NCBI GenBank assembly: GCA_043779265.1
Contig: JAYWEM010000128.1
Span: 1-62,310 of the forward strand
Direction: 5' to 3'
DNA length: 62,310 nucleotides
Origin: a bacterium
GTDB taxonomy: Bacteria; Eisenbacteria; RBG-16-71-46
The notes under the pieces were generated by a model. That model saw only the letters and a program-made list of their open reading frames with translations, did no database searches and had not been told where the DNA came from. Shown piece after piece: positions 1-8,852 of this stretch. The position numbers and the translations under genes are program-made. Numbering within the stretch: position 1 is the stretch's first letter; each line of letters opens with the position of its first letter.

Positions 1-299
1 TCTCGGCCTGCGAGACGGGCGTCGGTCCGCTTGCCGTCGGCGAGGGAGCGCTCGGCCTGCATCGCGCGTTCCGCATCGCGGGGACGCGTTCCGTGGTGAT
101 GAGCCTGTGGTCGCTCAGCGATCGCGCGGCTCGCGATTGGTCGCTCGCCTTCTGGGCGGAGCGCGCAGCGGCGCGCCCGACGTGGGAGGCGGCCTGGAAC
201 GCAGCGCGCCGCCGCTTGGAGGCAGGCCGAGCCGGTGAAGCGAGCATCCACCCGTTCCACTGGGCGGCCTTCCTCGCTTGGGCGGCGCCCGGGAACTGA
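1..299 (+). CDS. CHAT (caspase-like) domain protein, C-terminal part (5' truncated by window edge)
   Basis: Reading frame from base 3 gives SACETGVG...GEGALGLHRAFRIAGTRSVVMSLWSLSD...HPFHWAAF, the typical CHAT C-terminus including the SAC catalytic Cys. Confidence 0.85.
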   Translation, partial: SACETGVGPLAVGEGALGLHRAFRIAGTRSVVMSLWSLSDRAARDWSLAFWAERAAARPTWEAAWNAARRRLEAGRAGEASIHPFHWAAFLAWAAPGN

Positions 300-333
300 C
301 GGCGCCGGCGCGAGCGCGACGAGCGAGCGCCGA

Positions 334-1194
334 TCAGTTCGTCGAGAGCCCGAACGTGATCGACCCATCTCGGGTCCGGACGCGAAGCGGCGCGTCGCCG
401 CCATTCAGCTGACCGCTCAGCGACTGGCGAGTCGTTCCCGGGACCTGGATCGGCAGGTCGACGCTCACTCGGCCATCATGGGTGTGGGCATCGAGCATCG
501 CCTTGAGATCGCGCGGGATGCGCACACTCACCGGACCATCGTTCGTCTCGATCGCCCAGCGCGTCTGGACCTGGGAGCCGCGGAGGGCCGTGACGGTCAC
601 GGCCCCATCGCCCGTTCGCGTGTCGAGCCGGTCGAAGCGTCCCTCGAGCACGATGCGGCCATCGCCCGTGCGCGCCTGGACCGAGCCATCGAGCCCCGAG
701 GCCTCGATCCGGCCATCGCCCGAGCGCATGTCCACCTTGCCGCGCAGGCCAGTCGCGACGATGCGGCCGTCACCGGTCTCGAGGCGGATGTCCCCATCGA
801 GCGGGTCGCACTCGATGCGGCCGTCATCAGTGTGCACGGACAGCGTCCCGCGACGCGGCATGGTGACGTGGATCGAGAAGTCGCGTGAGATTCCGCCGAA
901 TACGATCGATGTGCGCTGGACGTCAGCTTCGACCACGACCTCGTCGCCGACTCGCCGGATCGAGACGGTGGGTTCGCGCTGCGGGCTCGTCCATCCCCAG
1001 GTCTTCAGCTCGTGGCGCACGATCACCTCGACGCCATCGGTCTCACGCGTGCTGATGTGGACGCTCGCATCGTTGCTGCGGACCCGCACCGAGGCCGGGG
1101 ACTTCCCGTCGAACGTCTCGCGCCAAGTGCGCGCCGAGGCCGGCGCGGCGAGCACGGCGAGGAGTGCCAGGGAGAGCATCAGGTGCTGCCGCAT
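334..1194 (-). CDS. DUF4097 family beta-strand repeat protein, exported
   Basis: Signal peptide MRQHLMLSLALLAVLAAPASA, GGAGG RBS, repeated TGDGRI/SGDGRI units. Confidence 0.8.
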   Translation of the reverse strand: MRQHLMLSLALLAVLAAPASARTWRETFDGKSPASVRVRSNDASVHISTRETDGVEVIVRHELKTWGWTSPQREPTVSIRRVGDEVVVEADVQRTSIVFGGISRDFSIHVTMPRRGTLSVHTDDGRIECDPLDGDIRLETGDGRIVATGLRGKVDMRSGDGRIEASGLDGSVQARTGDGRIVLEGRFDRLDTRTGDGAVTVTALRGSQVQTRWAIETNDGPVSVRIPRDLKAMLDAHTHDGRVSVDLPIQVPGTTRQSLSGQLNGGDAPLRVRTRDGSITFGLSTN

Positions 1195-1235
1195 GTTCGG
1201 TCCTCCGGAGGAGTGGGTCGGTGTCGTCCTCTGGA

Positions 1236-1261
1236 TACGGGGTGCTTGGCCCCTGGGTTGC
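1236..1261 (-). promoter_or_regulatory. Putative ECF sigma promoter GCAAC-N17-CGTA
   Basis: Minus strand reads GCAAC ccaggggccaagcaccc CGTA about 40 nt upstream of the DUF4097 gene; same motif and spacing at 32161..32186. Confidence 0.6.
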
Positions 1262-1268
1262 AGCCGGC

Positions 1269-2945
1269 TCAGGGGATGCTTGAGAAGCGCTTGCCGAAGA
1301 AGTCGCCGGGAATCCATGTGGGTCGCCTGGGGCTCGCGGCCAGCATCCATGTGCCGAACATGGCCATGCGCGTGAAGCGGGCGGCGGAGTCCCAGTGGAA
1401 CACCTGGTTCATGTCATCGCTGGGCGCGTGATAGTGATCGACGCGCCACTCGGCCAGCTGCTCCTGTCCCGCCGGCGTGCCGTCGCCGCCCGAGACCGGG
1501 AAGATGCCGGGCACTCCCTGTTTGACGAACGAGAACTGGTCCGAGCGCACGAACACGACCTCGCTCGGCATGGGATCGGGGATCGCCTCGAGGCCCGCGA
1601 GTCGAGCCGCCTCCTGGAACACCGGACCCAGGCTCGAGTGCTCGCTGCCGAACAGCACGACGCGCGTCATCGGCGTGAGCGTCAGCACCATGTCGAGGTT
1701 CACGTTGCCGACGACGTTGAGCCCGAGCGGCGCGGCATGCCGGGCGAAGTGGTCGGAGCCCTGCAGTCCCTTCTCCTCGGCGGTCACGGCGAGGAACAGC
1801 ACCGAGCGCTTGGGCGCCTTGGGCAGCGCCTTCATCGCCCGCGCCAACTCGAGCAGCATCGCGCAGCCCGAGGCGTTGTCGTAGGCGCCGTTGTTGATCG
1901 AGTCGCCATCGACCGGCTCGCTGATGCCGAGATGATCGAGATGCGCGCTCACGACGATGCACTCGCGCGCGAGCACGGGGTCGGAGCCCGGCAGCAGCCC
2001 GACCACGTTGGGGCTGTTCATCTGCGTGTGCGTGCTGACGCGCTTGGAGCGCAGGCGCGGCTCCAATGCGAATCCACCGGCTCGGCTCGATTCGGCGTCG
2101 TCGGCCACCTGGGCGAACGTGCGCGGGGCCGAGGCGAACAGCATCTCGATGCCCGAGGGCGACAGGGAGGCGGAGACGGCGAGGCTCGGCTGCACGTTGG
2201 CGGGCTCACCCTTGCCATCGGTCCAGCGGAAGCCCGGCAGGCGCGACTGCCGCACGCCCTTCGCCCACGGCTGCTTGGCCTGGTCGGAGGGCTTGAGGAT
2301 CGTGAGCGTTCCGACGGCGCCTCGTTCGACCGCCTGCGCATCCTTGATCTGGCCGTTCGAATGGAAGGCGCGTTCGTTGTGCGGAAAGCTCGGCGGTGCG
2401 CCGCGGAACTGCACCAGCACCTTGCCCCGCACGTCGAGTCCGGCGAAATCGTCGTGTCCCAGCTCGGGGGCCGAGACGCCGTAGCCGACGAACACCAACG
2501 GTGCTTCGATCGATCGATCGCCCGACGTGAAGTCGGGTGACATCATCGCGTCGACGGCGAGTTCGAGCGGTCGGGCGATGCCCTTGGAGTTGACCAGCGC
2601 GAGCGACGAGGCGGCTTCGACCAACCGCGCGCGACGGAACGGCACCGGCGCGAGGAAGCCCTCGGAGCCGGCGGGCGAGAGCCCCATCAGTTCCATGCGT
2701 GTCGCCATGTACCGCGCGGCGAGGTCGTAGCCTCTCGTTCCCGTGCCTCGCCCTTCGAACAGATCATCGGCGAGGAACGTGACGTCGGTGCGGAGTCGAT
2801 CGCCCGAGATCGCCTGCGCCTCGGCCCACACGGCGGGCGGCACCGAGGCAGCAGCGCGGCGCTTCGCCGGCGCGGCCGCCACGAGAACGAACAGGGCCAG
2901 GACCATCGCGGCGGTGAGCAGGGTGCGGTCGCGGTGACGGGGCAT
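1269..2945 (-). CDS. M28 family metallopeptidase with PA domain, exported
   Basis: Motifs SAHLDHLG, NGAYDNASG, AEEKGLQGS, NLDM, RSDQ, YHAPSD; N-terminal signal sequence. Confidence 0.9.
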   Translation of the reverse strand: MPRHRDRTLLTAAMVLALFVLVAAAPAKRRAAASVPPAVWAEAQAISGDRLRTDVTFLADDLFEGRGTGTRGYDLAARYMATRMELMGLSPAGSEGFLAPVPFRRARLVEAASSLALVNSKGIARPLELAVDAMMSPDFTSGDRSIEAPLVFVGYGVSAPELGHDDFAGLDVRGKVLVQFRGAPPSFPHNERAFHSNGQIKDAQAVERGAVGTLTILKPSDQAKQPWAKGVRQSRLPGFRWTDGKGEPANVQPSLAVSASLSPSGIEMLFASAPRTFAQVADDAESSRAGGFALEPRLRSKRVSTHTQMNSPNVVGLLPGSDPVLARECIVVSAHLDHLGISEPVDGDSINNGAYDNASGCAMLLELARAMKALPKAPKRSVLFLAVTAEEKGLQGSDHFARHAAPLGLNVVGNVNLDMVLTLTPMTRVVLFGSEHSSLGPVFQEAARLAGLEAIPDPMPSEVVFVRSDQFSFVKQGVPGIFPVSGGDGTPAGQEQLAEWRVDHYHAPSDDMNQVFHWDSAARFTRMAMFGTWMLAASPRRPTWIPGDFFGKRFSSIP

Positions 2946-3115
2946 CGGGAGCCTCCGGATACGATGGATGCGTGGCCAGTGGCGCGACGCTAGAACCGAC
3001 GTGCGCGAGGGTCAACCCCTTGGCGGACGCGGTCGGCCGACCCTCCTCGCGGCGTGCGGTATGCTGCCCGGACCCCGCAGCCTCCGCTTCCCGTCCCCCT
3101 TCCGAACGGATCGCG

Positions 3116-4699
3116 ATGAACGACCTGAGCCGACGCATCCTCTGGGCCGACGACGAGATCGACCTGCTGCGTCCGCACGTCCGATTCCTCGAGCAGAAGG
3201 GCTACATCGTCACCCCGGTGACGAGCGGCGAGGACGCGATGGCCGAACTGGCCCGCGATCGCTATGACGTGCTGCTCCTGGACGAGATGATGCCGGGCCT
3301 CGGCGGACTCGAGACGCTCGCCCAGCTCAAGGCCAAGGGCCTGCAGCTGCCCGTCATCCTCATCACCAAGAGCGAGGAGGAGACGCTCATGGATGAGGCG
3401 ATCGGCAAGCGCATCACGGACTACCTGATCAAGCCGGTCAATCCCTCGCAGGTCTTCCTCGCCTGCAAGCGCGTGTTCGACAGTCAGCGCATCCAGGATG
3501 GTCAGCGCGCCCGCGACTACGTCGGCGAGATGCAGCGCTGGCAGACGATGGACATCAAGCGGCTCGACTGGCCGGGCTGGGTCGATCTCGCGGTGAACGT
3601 GGCGAGTTGGGACGTCGGACTCGACGGCTCCCCCGAGGCCGGCTTGCAGCAGGCGCACCTCGACTTCCGCCGCAGCCTCAACATCGACTTCGGCCGCTTC
3701 ATCGAGGACAAGTACCCGGGTTGGGTGGCACGCGCCGCCAAGGGCGAGGGCGATCGCCCGACGCTGAGCACCGACATCGTCGCCAAGGCGGTCGTGCCGC
3801 ACCTCGAGGCCGGCCGCAACGTGTCGCTCATCGTGATCGACTGCATGCGGCTCGATCAGTGGTTCACGCTCGAGCCGCTGCTGTCGGAGTGGTTCGACAT
3901 CGACCGCGACTACTACTGCTCGATCCTGCCGACCGCGACGCCCTACTCGCGCAACGCCATCTTCTCGGGGCTGCTCCCGGCGCAGTTGAAGGCGCAGCAC
4001 CCCGACAAATGGGCGGAGAACAGCAACGATGAGCGCAGCAAGAACCGCTTCGAGCGCGAGTTCCTCGAAGCGCATCTCGCGCGGCTCCAGGTCAAGCTCG
4101 CCAAGGGGCTCAAGTACCTCAAAGTGCACGACAACGACGAGGCCGCGAACGTGCGGCGACAGGTGCACTCGATGTCGAACCTGTCGCTGGTGGCGATGGT
4201 GTTCAACTTCCTCGACATCCTGGCGCACGGTCGATCCGAGAGCGATCTGCTGCAGGAGCTGGCGCCTGATGAGGCGTCGTTCCGCGCGGTGATGAAGGCG
4301 TGGTTCACGCACTCGCCGCTCTACGAGGTGTTCCAGGCGCTGGCGCACACCGACGGTGTCGTCGTGGTGACCACCGACCATGGCGCCGTGCTCGGCAAGC
4401 GCGCCGCTCTCGTGCACGGCAATCGCGATACCTCGACCAACCTGCGCTACAAGTTCGGGCTGAACCTCAACACCGACAGCAAGCACGCGATCATCGTGCG
4501 CAAGCCGATGGACTATCAGCTGCCCGATGACGGCGTGAACAAGAACTACGTGCTGGCGCGCGAGGACTACTACTTCGTCTACCCGACGCGCTTCCACGAG
4601 TTCGAAGGGCGGTTCAAGGGTTCGTTCCAGCATGGCGGTGTTTCGGTGGAGGAGATGATCCTGCCGCTGATGACGCTGCACCCGAAGGGAAGGTCTTGA
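3116..4699 (+). CDS. PorX-like response regulator (REC + PglZ/alkaline-phosphatase-like domain)
   Basis: N-terminal ILWADDE...LLDEMMPG...ITKSEEE receiver; C-terminal IDCMRLDQW, LPTATPYSRNAIFSG, TTDHG, FQHGGVS; directly upstream of tsaE. Confidence 0.85.
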   Translation: MNDLSRRILWADDEIDLLRPHVRFLEQKGYIVTPVTSGEDAMAELARDRYDVLLLDEMMPGLGGLETLAQLKAKGLQLPVILITKSEEETLMDEAIGKRITDYLIKPVNPSQVFLACKRVFDSQRIQDGQRARDYVGEMQRWQTMDIKRLDWPGWVDLAVNVASWDVGLDGSPEAGLQQAHLDFRRSLNIDFGRFIEDKYPGWVARAAKGEGDRPTLSTDIVAKAVVPHLEAGRNVSLIVIDCMRLDQWFTLEPLLSEWFDIDRDYYCSILPTATPYSRNAIFSGLLPAQLKAQHPDKWAENSNDERSKNRFEREFLEAHLARLQVKLAKGLKYLKVHDNDEAANVRRQVHSMSNLSLVAMVFNFLDILAHGRSESDLLQELAPDEASFRAVMKAWFTHSPLYEVFQALAHTDGVVVVTTDHGAVLGKRAALVHGNRDTSTNLRYKFGLNLNTDSKHAIIVRKPMDYQLPDDGVNKNYVLAREDYYFVYPTRFHEFEGRFKGSFQHGGVSVEEMILPLMTLHPKGRS

Positions 4700-5172
4700 G
4701 CGACACGCTCGAGAAGCGGACTGCGAGCGTCGAGGGGACCGAACGGCTGGGCGAGGCGTTCGCGCCCGCGCTCACCGACGGGGATGTGCTGGCGCTGCGC
4801 GGCGACCTGGGCGCCGGCAAGACGCGCTTCGTCGCCGGACTGGCGCGCGGCATCGCCTCCACGTCACGCGTCCGCTCGCCCTCGTTCACGCTGGTGCACA
4901 CGCACGAGGGTCGGCTCCGGCTGCATCACCTGGACCTCTACCGGCTCGCCTCGGCGCGTGAGACCGAGGGCCTGGGGCTCGAGGAACTGCTCGAGACGGG
5001 CGCGATCGTCGTCGAGTGGGGCGAGCGACTGCCGGCTGCGACCCTCGCTGAGGCGATGATGCTGTCGGTCGCGGTGGGTGAGGGCGATACGCGCACGTTC
5101 TCGGCGAGCGCGTGGGGAGGCCGCGGCAAGGCGCTGCTCGAGGCCTGGCGCGCACTCGAGGAGGCGTGGTGA
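4696..5172 (+). CDS. tsaE: tRNA t6A biosynthesis ATPase TsaE
   Basis: GDLGAGKT Walker A, SPSFTLV, HLDLYRL, VEWGE. Confidence 0.93.
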   Translation: MSDTLEKRTASVEGTERLGEAFAPALTDGDVLALRGDLGAGKTRFVAGLARGIASTSRVRSPSFTLVHTHEGRLRLHHLDLYRLASARETEGLGLEELLETGAIVVEWGERLPAATLAEAMMLSVAVGEGDTRTFSASAWGGRGKALLEAWRALEEAW

Positions 5173-6356
5173 GCGTGCCCGAGCGTCAGGCGGGGCTTGC
5201 CATCGAGTGCGCAACGGCGCACGTCGAGGTGGCGGTGGTGACGCCCGAGGGCGTCTCGGCGCATGCGGTCGAGGATGTCGGCCACGGCCAGTTGCGCCGC
5301 CTGACGCCCATCGTCCACGGCGCACTTCAGCAGGCCGGCGTCGCGGCGCGCGACTTGGCGTGGATCGCCGCCGACCTGGGACCGGGCTCGTTCACCGGAG
5401 TGCGCGTGGGACTCGCCACCGCCGAGGCGCTGTCGCTCGTCTCGGGTGCACCGATCCGCGGCGTCTCGAGTCTCGCCTCGCTGGCGCACGCGGCGCCTGC
5501 CCGCCGTGCGCTCATCGTGCCGCTCGTCCCGGCCGGCCGGCGCGATGTCTACGCCGGATTCTTCCGCGCCGACCTGCGCGGCACCGTGCGCCTGATGGCC
5601 GCTCCCTGGGTGGGGCCGACTGATGCACTGATCGCGCAAGTGCACGCGATGCACGCGCTGTTGCCTCGCACCACCGTTCGATTCGTCGGGCCCGGCGCCG
5701 GTCGCGAGCAGGCCGCGCTCGAAGCGGCGTTTCCTTTGTCGACCGCACTTGCCTTCCGCCACGAGGGCCTCTCGGCGCTCGATCTGGCGCAGGCGGCGAG
5801 GCTCGATCGCGGCGCGGGAGCGGGGCTCGCCTCGCCCGGTCACGAGGCGCTGCCGGTGTACGTGCGGCCGCCACAGGCCGAGGAGCGCGTGCGGCGAACG
5901 CTCGCGGGTCCGATCTCACTCACGATCCGCGCGATGGCCGAGGGCGACATGGAGCCGGTGCTGGCGATCGAGCGCGAGGTGTTCCGCGATGCGTGGTCGG
6001 CGTCGTTCTTCCTTCGGCTGCTCGCCGAACCCGGCGCCTGGCTGCGCGTGGCGCTGCGCGACGGTCGCATCACGGGCTATCTGGTGGCCACGCTGCATCC
6101 GCCCAACGCCGATCTCGAGAACATCGCCACCGTGCCCGGCGAGCGGCGCAACGGTGTCGCCCGCGCGCTCATGGACGACCTCTACGCCGCGTGCCGCGAG
6201 CGCGAGGTGCGCGAGGTCACGCTCGAAGTGCGCGCCTCGAACGCCGAGGGTCAGGCGCTCTATCGCGCTGAGGGGTTCGACGCGGTGGGGCTCCGCAAGA
6301 ACTACTACCGGCACCCCGACGAGGACGCCCTGGTGATGCGCGGTGGGGTCCGATAG
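5169..6356 (+). CDS. tsaB: TsaB - RimI-type N-acetyltransferase fusion
   Basis: N-terminal GPGSFTGVRVG and GVSSL (TsaB); C-terminal GNAT with RRNGVARAL, TLEVRASN, GLRKNYY...EDALVM (RimI) in one frame; GTG start overlaps the tsaE stop. Confidence 0.85.
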   Translation: MSVPERQAGLAIECATAHVEVAVVTPEGVSAHAVEDVGHGQLRRLTPIVHGALQQAGVAARDLAWIAADLGPGSFTGVRVGLATAEALSLVSGAPIRGVSSLASLAHAAPARRALIVPLVPAGRRDVYAGFFRADLRGTVRLMAAPWVGPTDALIAQVHAMHALLPRTTVRFVGPGAGREQAALEAAFPLSTALAFRHEGLSALDLAQAARLDRGAGAGLASPGHEALPVYVRPPQAEERVRRTLAGPISLTIRAMAEGDMEPVLAIEREVFRDAWSASFFLRLLAEPGAWLRVALRDGRITGYLVATLHPPNADLENIATVPGERRNGVARALMDDLYAACREREVREVTLEVRASNAEGQALYRAEGFDAVGLRKNYYRHPDEDALVMRGGVR

Positions 6357-6417
6357 CGAGCGCTGCGCTCGGCGTTCCACGCCAGGGCCGGGCTGGACAC
6401 ATCGACAGGAGGAACTC

Positions 6418-6951
6418 ATGACCTTCGACCTCGACGCTTCCATGCAAGTGCTCCGCGCCACCCCCGTCACGCTTCGAGCGCTCCTCAGCGGACTCGATTC
6501 GAGTTGGTCGAGAGCCGACGAGGGTCCCGGCACGTTCACCGCGTTCGATGGCGTGGGGCACCTGATCGACGGGGAGGAGACCGACTGGATCCCGCGCGCT
6601 CGGATCATCCTCGAGAGCACCGGGAGACGAGCCTTCACGCCGTACGACCGGTTCCGTCATCGCGAGCGCAATGCAGGCCGCAAACTCGACTCCCTGCTCG
6701 AGGAGTTCGCCCGGTTACGCTCCGAGAACCTCTCGGTGCTCGCGGGATGGGGCCTGTCCCCCCGGGATCTCGAGCGGACCGGCGAGCACCCGAGTCTCGG
6801 GCGGGTGACGCTCCGCCAACTGCTCGCGGCCTGGGTGGTGCATGATCTCGGGCACGTCGCGCAGGTGGCCCGCGTCATGGCGAAGCAGTATCGAGAGGAG
6901 ATCGGTCCGTGGTCGGAGTACCTGCCGGTGGTGAACGACCGCCCGCGATGA
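6418..6951 (+). CDS. DinB/DUF664-like family protein
   Basis: AGGAGG RBS; VGHLIDGEETDWIPR and WVVHDLGHVAQ His motifs. Confidence 0.8.
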   Translation: MTFDLDASMQVLRATPVTLRALLSGLDSSWSRADEGPGTFTAFDGVGHLIDGEETDWIPRARIILESTGRRAFTPYDRFRHRERNAGRKLDSLLEEFARLRSENLSVLAGWGLSPRDLERTGEHPSLGRVTLRQLLAAWVVHDLGHVAQVARVMAKQYREEIGPWSEYLPVVNDRPR

Positions 6952-7823
6952 GTCCCGCCCGCCTCGCGGCCCTGACCGCGCTGACCATGGTGGCGTTCGC
7001 CGGCAACTCGCTTCTATGCCGGGCGGCCCTGCGCGACACGAGCATCGATGCGGCCAGTTTCACCACGATCCGGCTCCTCTCGGGAGCACTGGTGCTCGCC
7101 GCACTCTCGATCCTGCGTGATGGCAGCGTGCGTGGAGGCGGCAGCTGGACCTCGGCGCTGGCGCTCTTCGCCTACGCCGCGGGATTCTCGTTCGCCTATG
7201 TCAGCCTTCCGGCGGCGACCGGAGCGCTGCTGCTGTTCGGCGCGGTGCAGGTGACCATGATCGGTCACGGCATCCGCTCGGGGGAGCGGCTCGGCCGGCG
7301 GCAGACGGCCGGACTCGTGCTCGCGGCCGGTGGGCTCGTGGGACTCCTACTGCCGGGCCTCTCGGCGCCGCCCCTCGTGGGCTTGGTCCTCATGCTGGGA
7401 GCGGGCGTCGCCTGGGGTGTCTACTCGCTGAGGGGCCGCAGCGCAGGCGACCCGATTCGGGTGACCGCGGGCAACTTCCTCCGGTGCGTCCCGTTCGCGC
7501 TCGCCGTGAGCCTGGCCAGCGCCCGTGGCGCCGAGATCGACCTGGCGGGCGCCGGCTACGCCGTCGCCTCCGGCGCGCTCGCCTCGGGGCTCGGCTACGC
7601 GCTCTGGTACACCGCACTCCCGCGACTCCGAGCGACGCAGGCGGCGGCTGTGCAGCTCAGTGTGCCGGTCGTGGCAGCGCTCGGGGGCGTCCTCCTGCTC
7701 GGCGAGGTGTTCAGTCTGCGTCTGGCACTCGCCTCGGGAGCGATCCTCGGCGGCATCGCCCTGGTGATCCTGCGGCGAGCCGTTCCCACGCACTCCCAAC
7801 CGCTGGGGCCGGGCCGGCGCTGA
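6948..7823 (+). CDS. DMT/EamA family transporter
   Basis: About 10 hydrophobic segments; AFAGNSLLCR and ASGALASGLGYALWY signatures; ATGA overlap. Confidence 0.85.
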   Translation: MSPARLAALTALTMVAFAGNSLLCRAALRDTSIDAASFTTIRLLSGALVLAALSILRDGSVRGGGSWTSALALFAYAAGFSFAYVSLPAATGALLLFGAVQVTMIGHGIRSGERLGRRQTAGLVLAAGGLVGLLLPGLSAPPLVGLVLMLGAGVAWGVYSLRGRSAGDPIRVTAGNFLRCVPFALAVSLASARGAEIDLAGAGYAVASGALASGLGYALWYTALPRLRATQAAAVQLSVPVVAALGGVLLLGEVFSLRLALASGAILGGIALVILRRAVPTHSQPLGPGRR

Positions 7824-7914
7824 TCGATGTTCTTGCCCCATGGCACCCGCCCCGCCGTTCGGGGTATAAGTCCGCTCGGGTGGCCTCTTTCCCCGGGGCC
7901 CCCTCGGAGACTCC

Positions 7915-8838
7915 ATGTCCTGGCTCAAGCGCGAACGAACCGGCATCAAGGTCGAGGTCAAGAACGATCGGGACATGCCCGAGGGCCTGTGGACCAAGTG
8001 CGACAGCTGCGGTGAGGCCCTGTTCCAGAGTGTGCTCGAACAGCACCTGTGGACCTGCCCGCACTGCGACCATCACTTCCGGGTCCCGGCTCGCACCTAC
8101 CTTGGCTACTTGACCGACGATGGCTCGTGGCAGGAGCGCAGCGCGGGCTTGATCGCCGGCGACCCGCTCGAGTTCCGAGACGCCAAGTTGCCCTATCCCG
8201 AGCGTCTCGCCGCTGCTCAACGCGACACCGGTGAGCGCGACGCCTGCCTGCAGGGAGTGGGCACGATCGGTGGCATCCCGGTGAGCACGGCGGTCATGAA
8301 CTTCTTCTTCATGGGCGGCAGCATGGGATCGGTCGTGGGCGAGAAGGTGGCGCGTGCGATCGAGACCGGCATCGCCGAGCGTCGCGCGGTGATCGTGGTC
8401 TCGGCGACCGGTGGCGCCCGCATGCAGGAGGGGATCCTGTCGCTGATGCAGATGGCCAAGACGAGCATCCTGCTGGCGCGGCTGCGCGAGACACGGCTGC
8501 CGTTCGTGTCGATCCTCACCGATCCCTCGACCGCCGGGGTACTCGCCTCCTACGCTTCGCTGGGCGATGTGATCGTGGCCGAGCCGCGGGCGCTGGTCGG
8601 ATTCGCTGGGGCGCGCGTCATCCGCCAGACGATCGGCGAGGATCTTCCGCCTGGCTTCCAACGCGCCGAGTTCGTGCAGGAGAAGGGGTTCGTCGACCGC
8701 ATCGTCCATCGCAAGGACATGCGCGACGACATCGGCAAGCTGCTCCGGTACTTCTGGCTCTCCACGCGCGGATTCGCCGCGGAGGGCGCCCGAACGCCGC
8801 ACGCGTTCGACCCCAACGCCCCCCGAGCGACGACGTAA
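7915..8838 (+). CDS. accD: Acetyl-CoA carboxylase carboxyltransferase beta subunit
   Basis: PEGLWTKC..C...C..C zinc finger, FMGGSMGSVVGEK, GGARMQEG, FQRAEF. Confidence 0.95.
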   Translation: MSWLKRERTGIKVEVKNDRDMPEGLWTKCDSCGEALFQSVLEQHLWTCPHCDHHFRVPARTYLGYLTDDGSWQERSAGLIAGDPLEFRDAKLPYPERLAAAQRDTGERDACLQGVGTIGGIPVSTAVMNFFFMGGSMGSVVGEKVARAIETGIAERRAVIVVSATGGARMQEGILSLMQMAKTSILLARLRETRLPFVSILTDPSTAGVLASYASLGDVIVAEPRALVGFAGARVIRQTIGEDLPPGFQRAEFVQEKGFVDRIVHRKDMRDDIGKLLRYFWLSTRGFAAEGARTPHAFDPNAPRATT

Positions 8839-8852
8839 GCCCGCCAGGACAC

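Noticed and set aside
2955-2990. Possible third ECF promoter upstream of the M28 peptidase (CGTATCC on the minus strand)
   Set aside because: The -10-like CGTA is present but there is no AAC at 16-17 nt spacing.
3116-4699. PglZ domain as a sign of a BREX defence system
   Set aside because: It is fused to a receiver domain and flanked by tsaE; no brxC, pglX or brxL genes are present.
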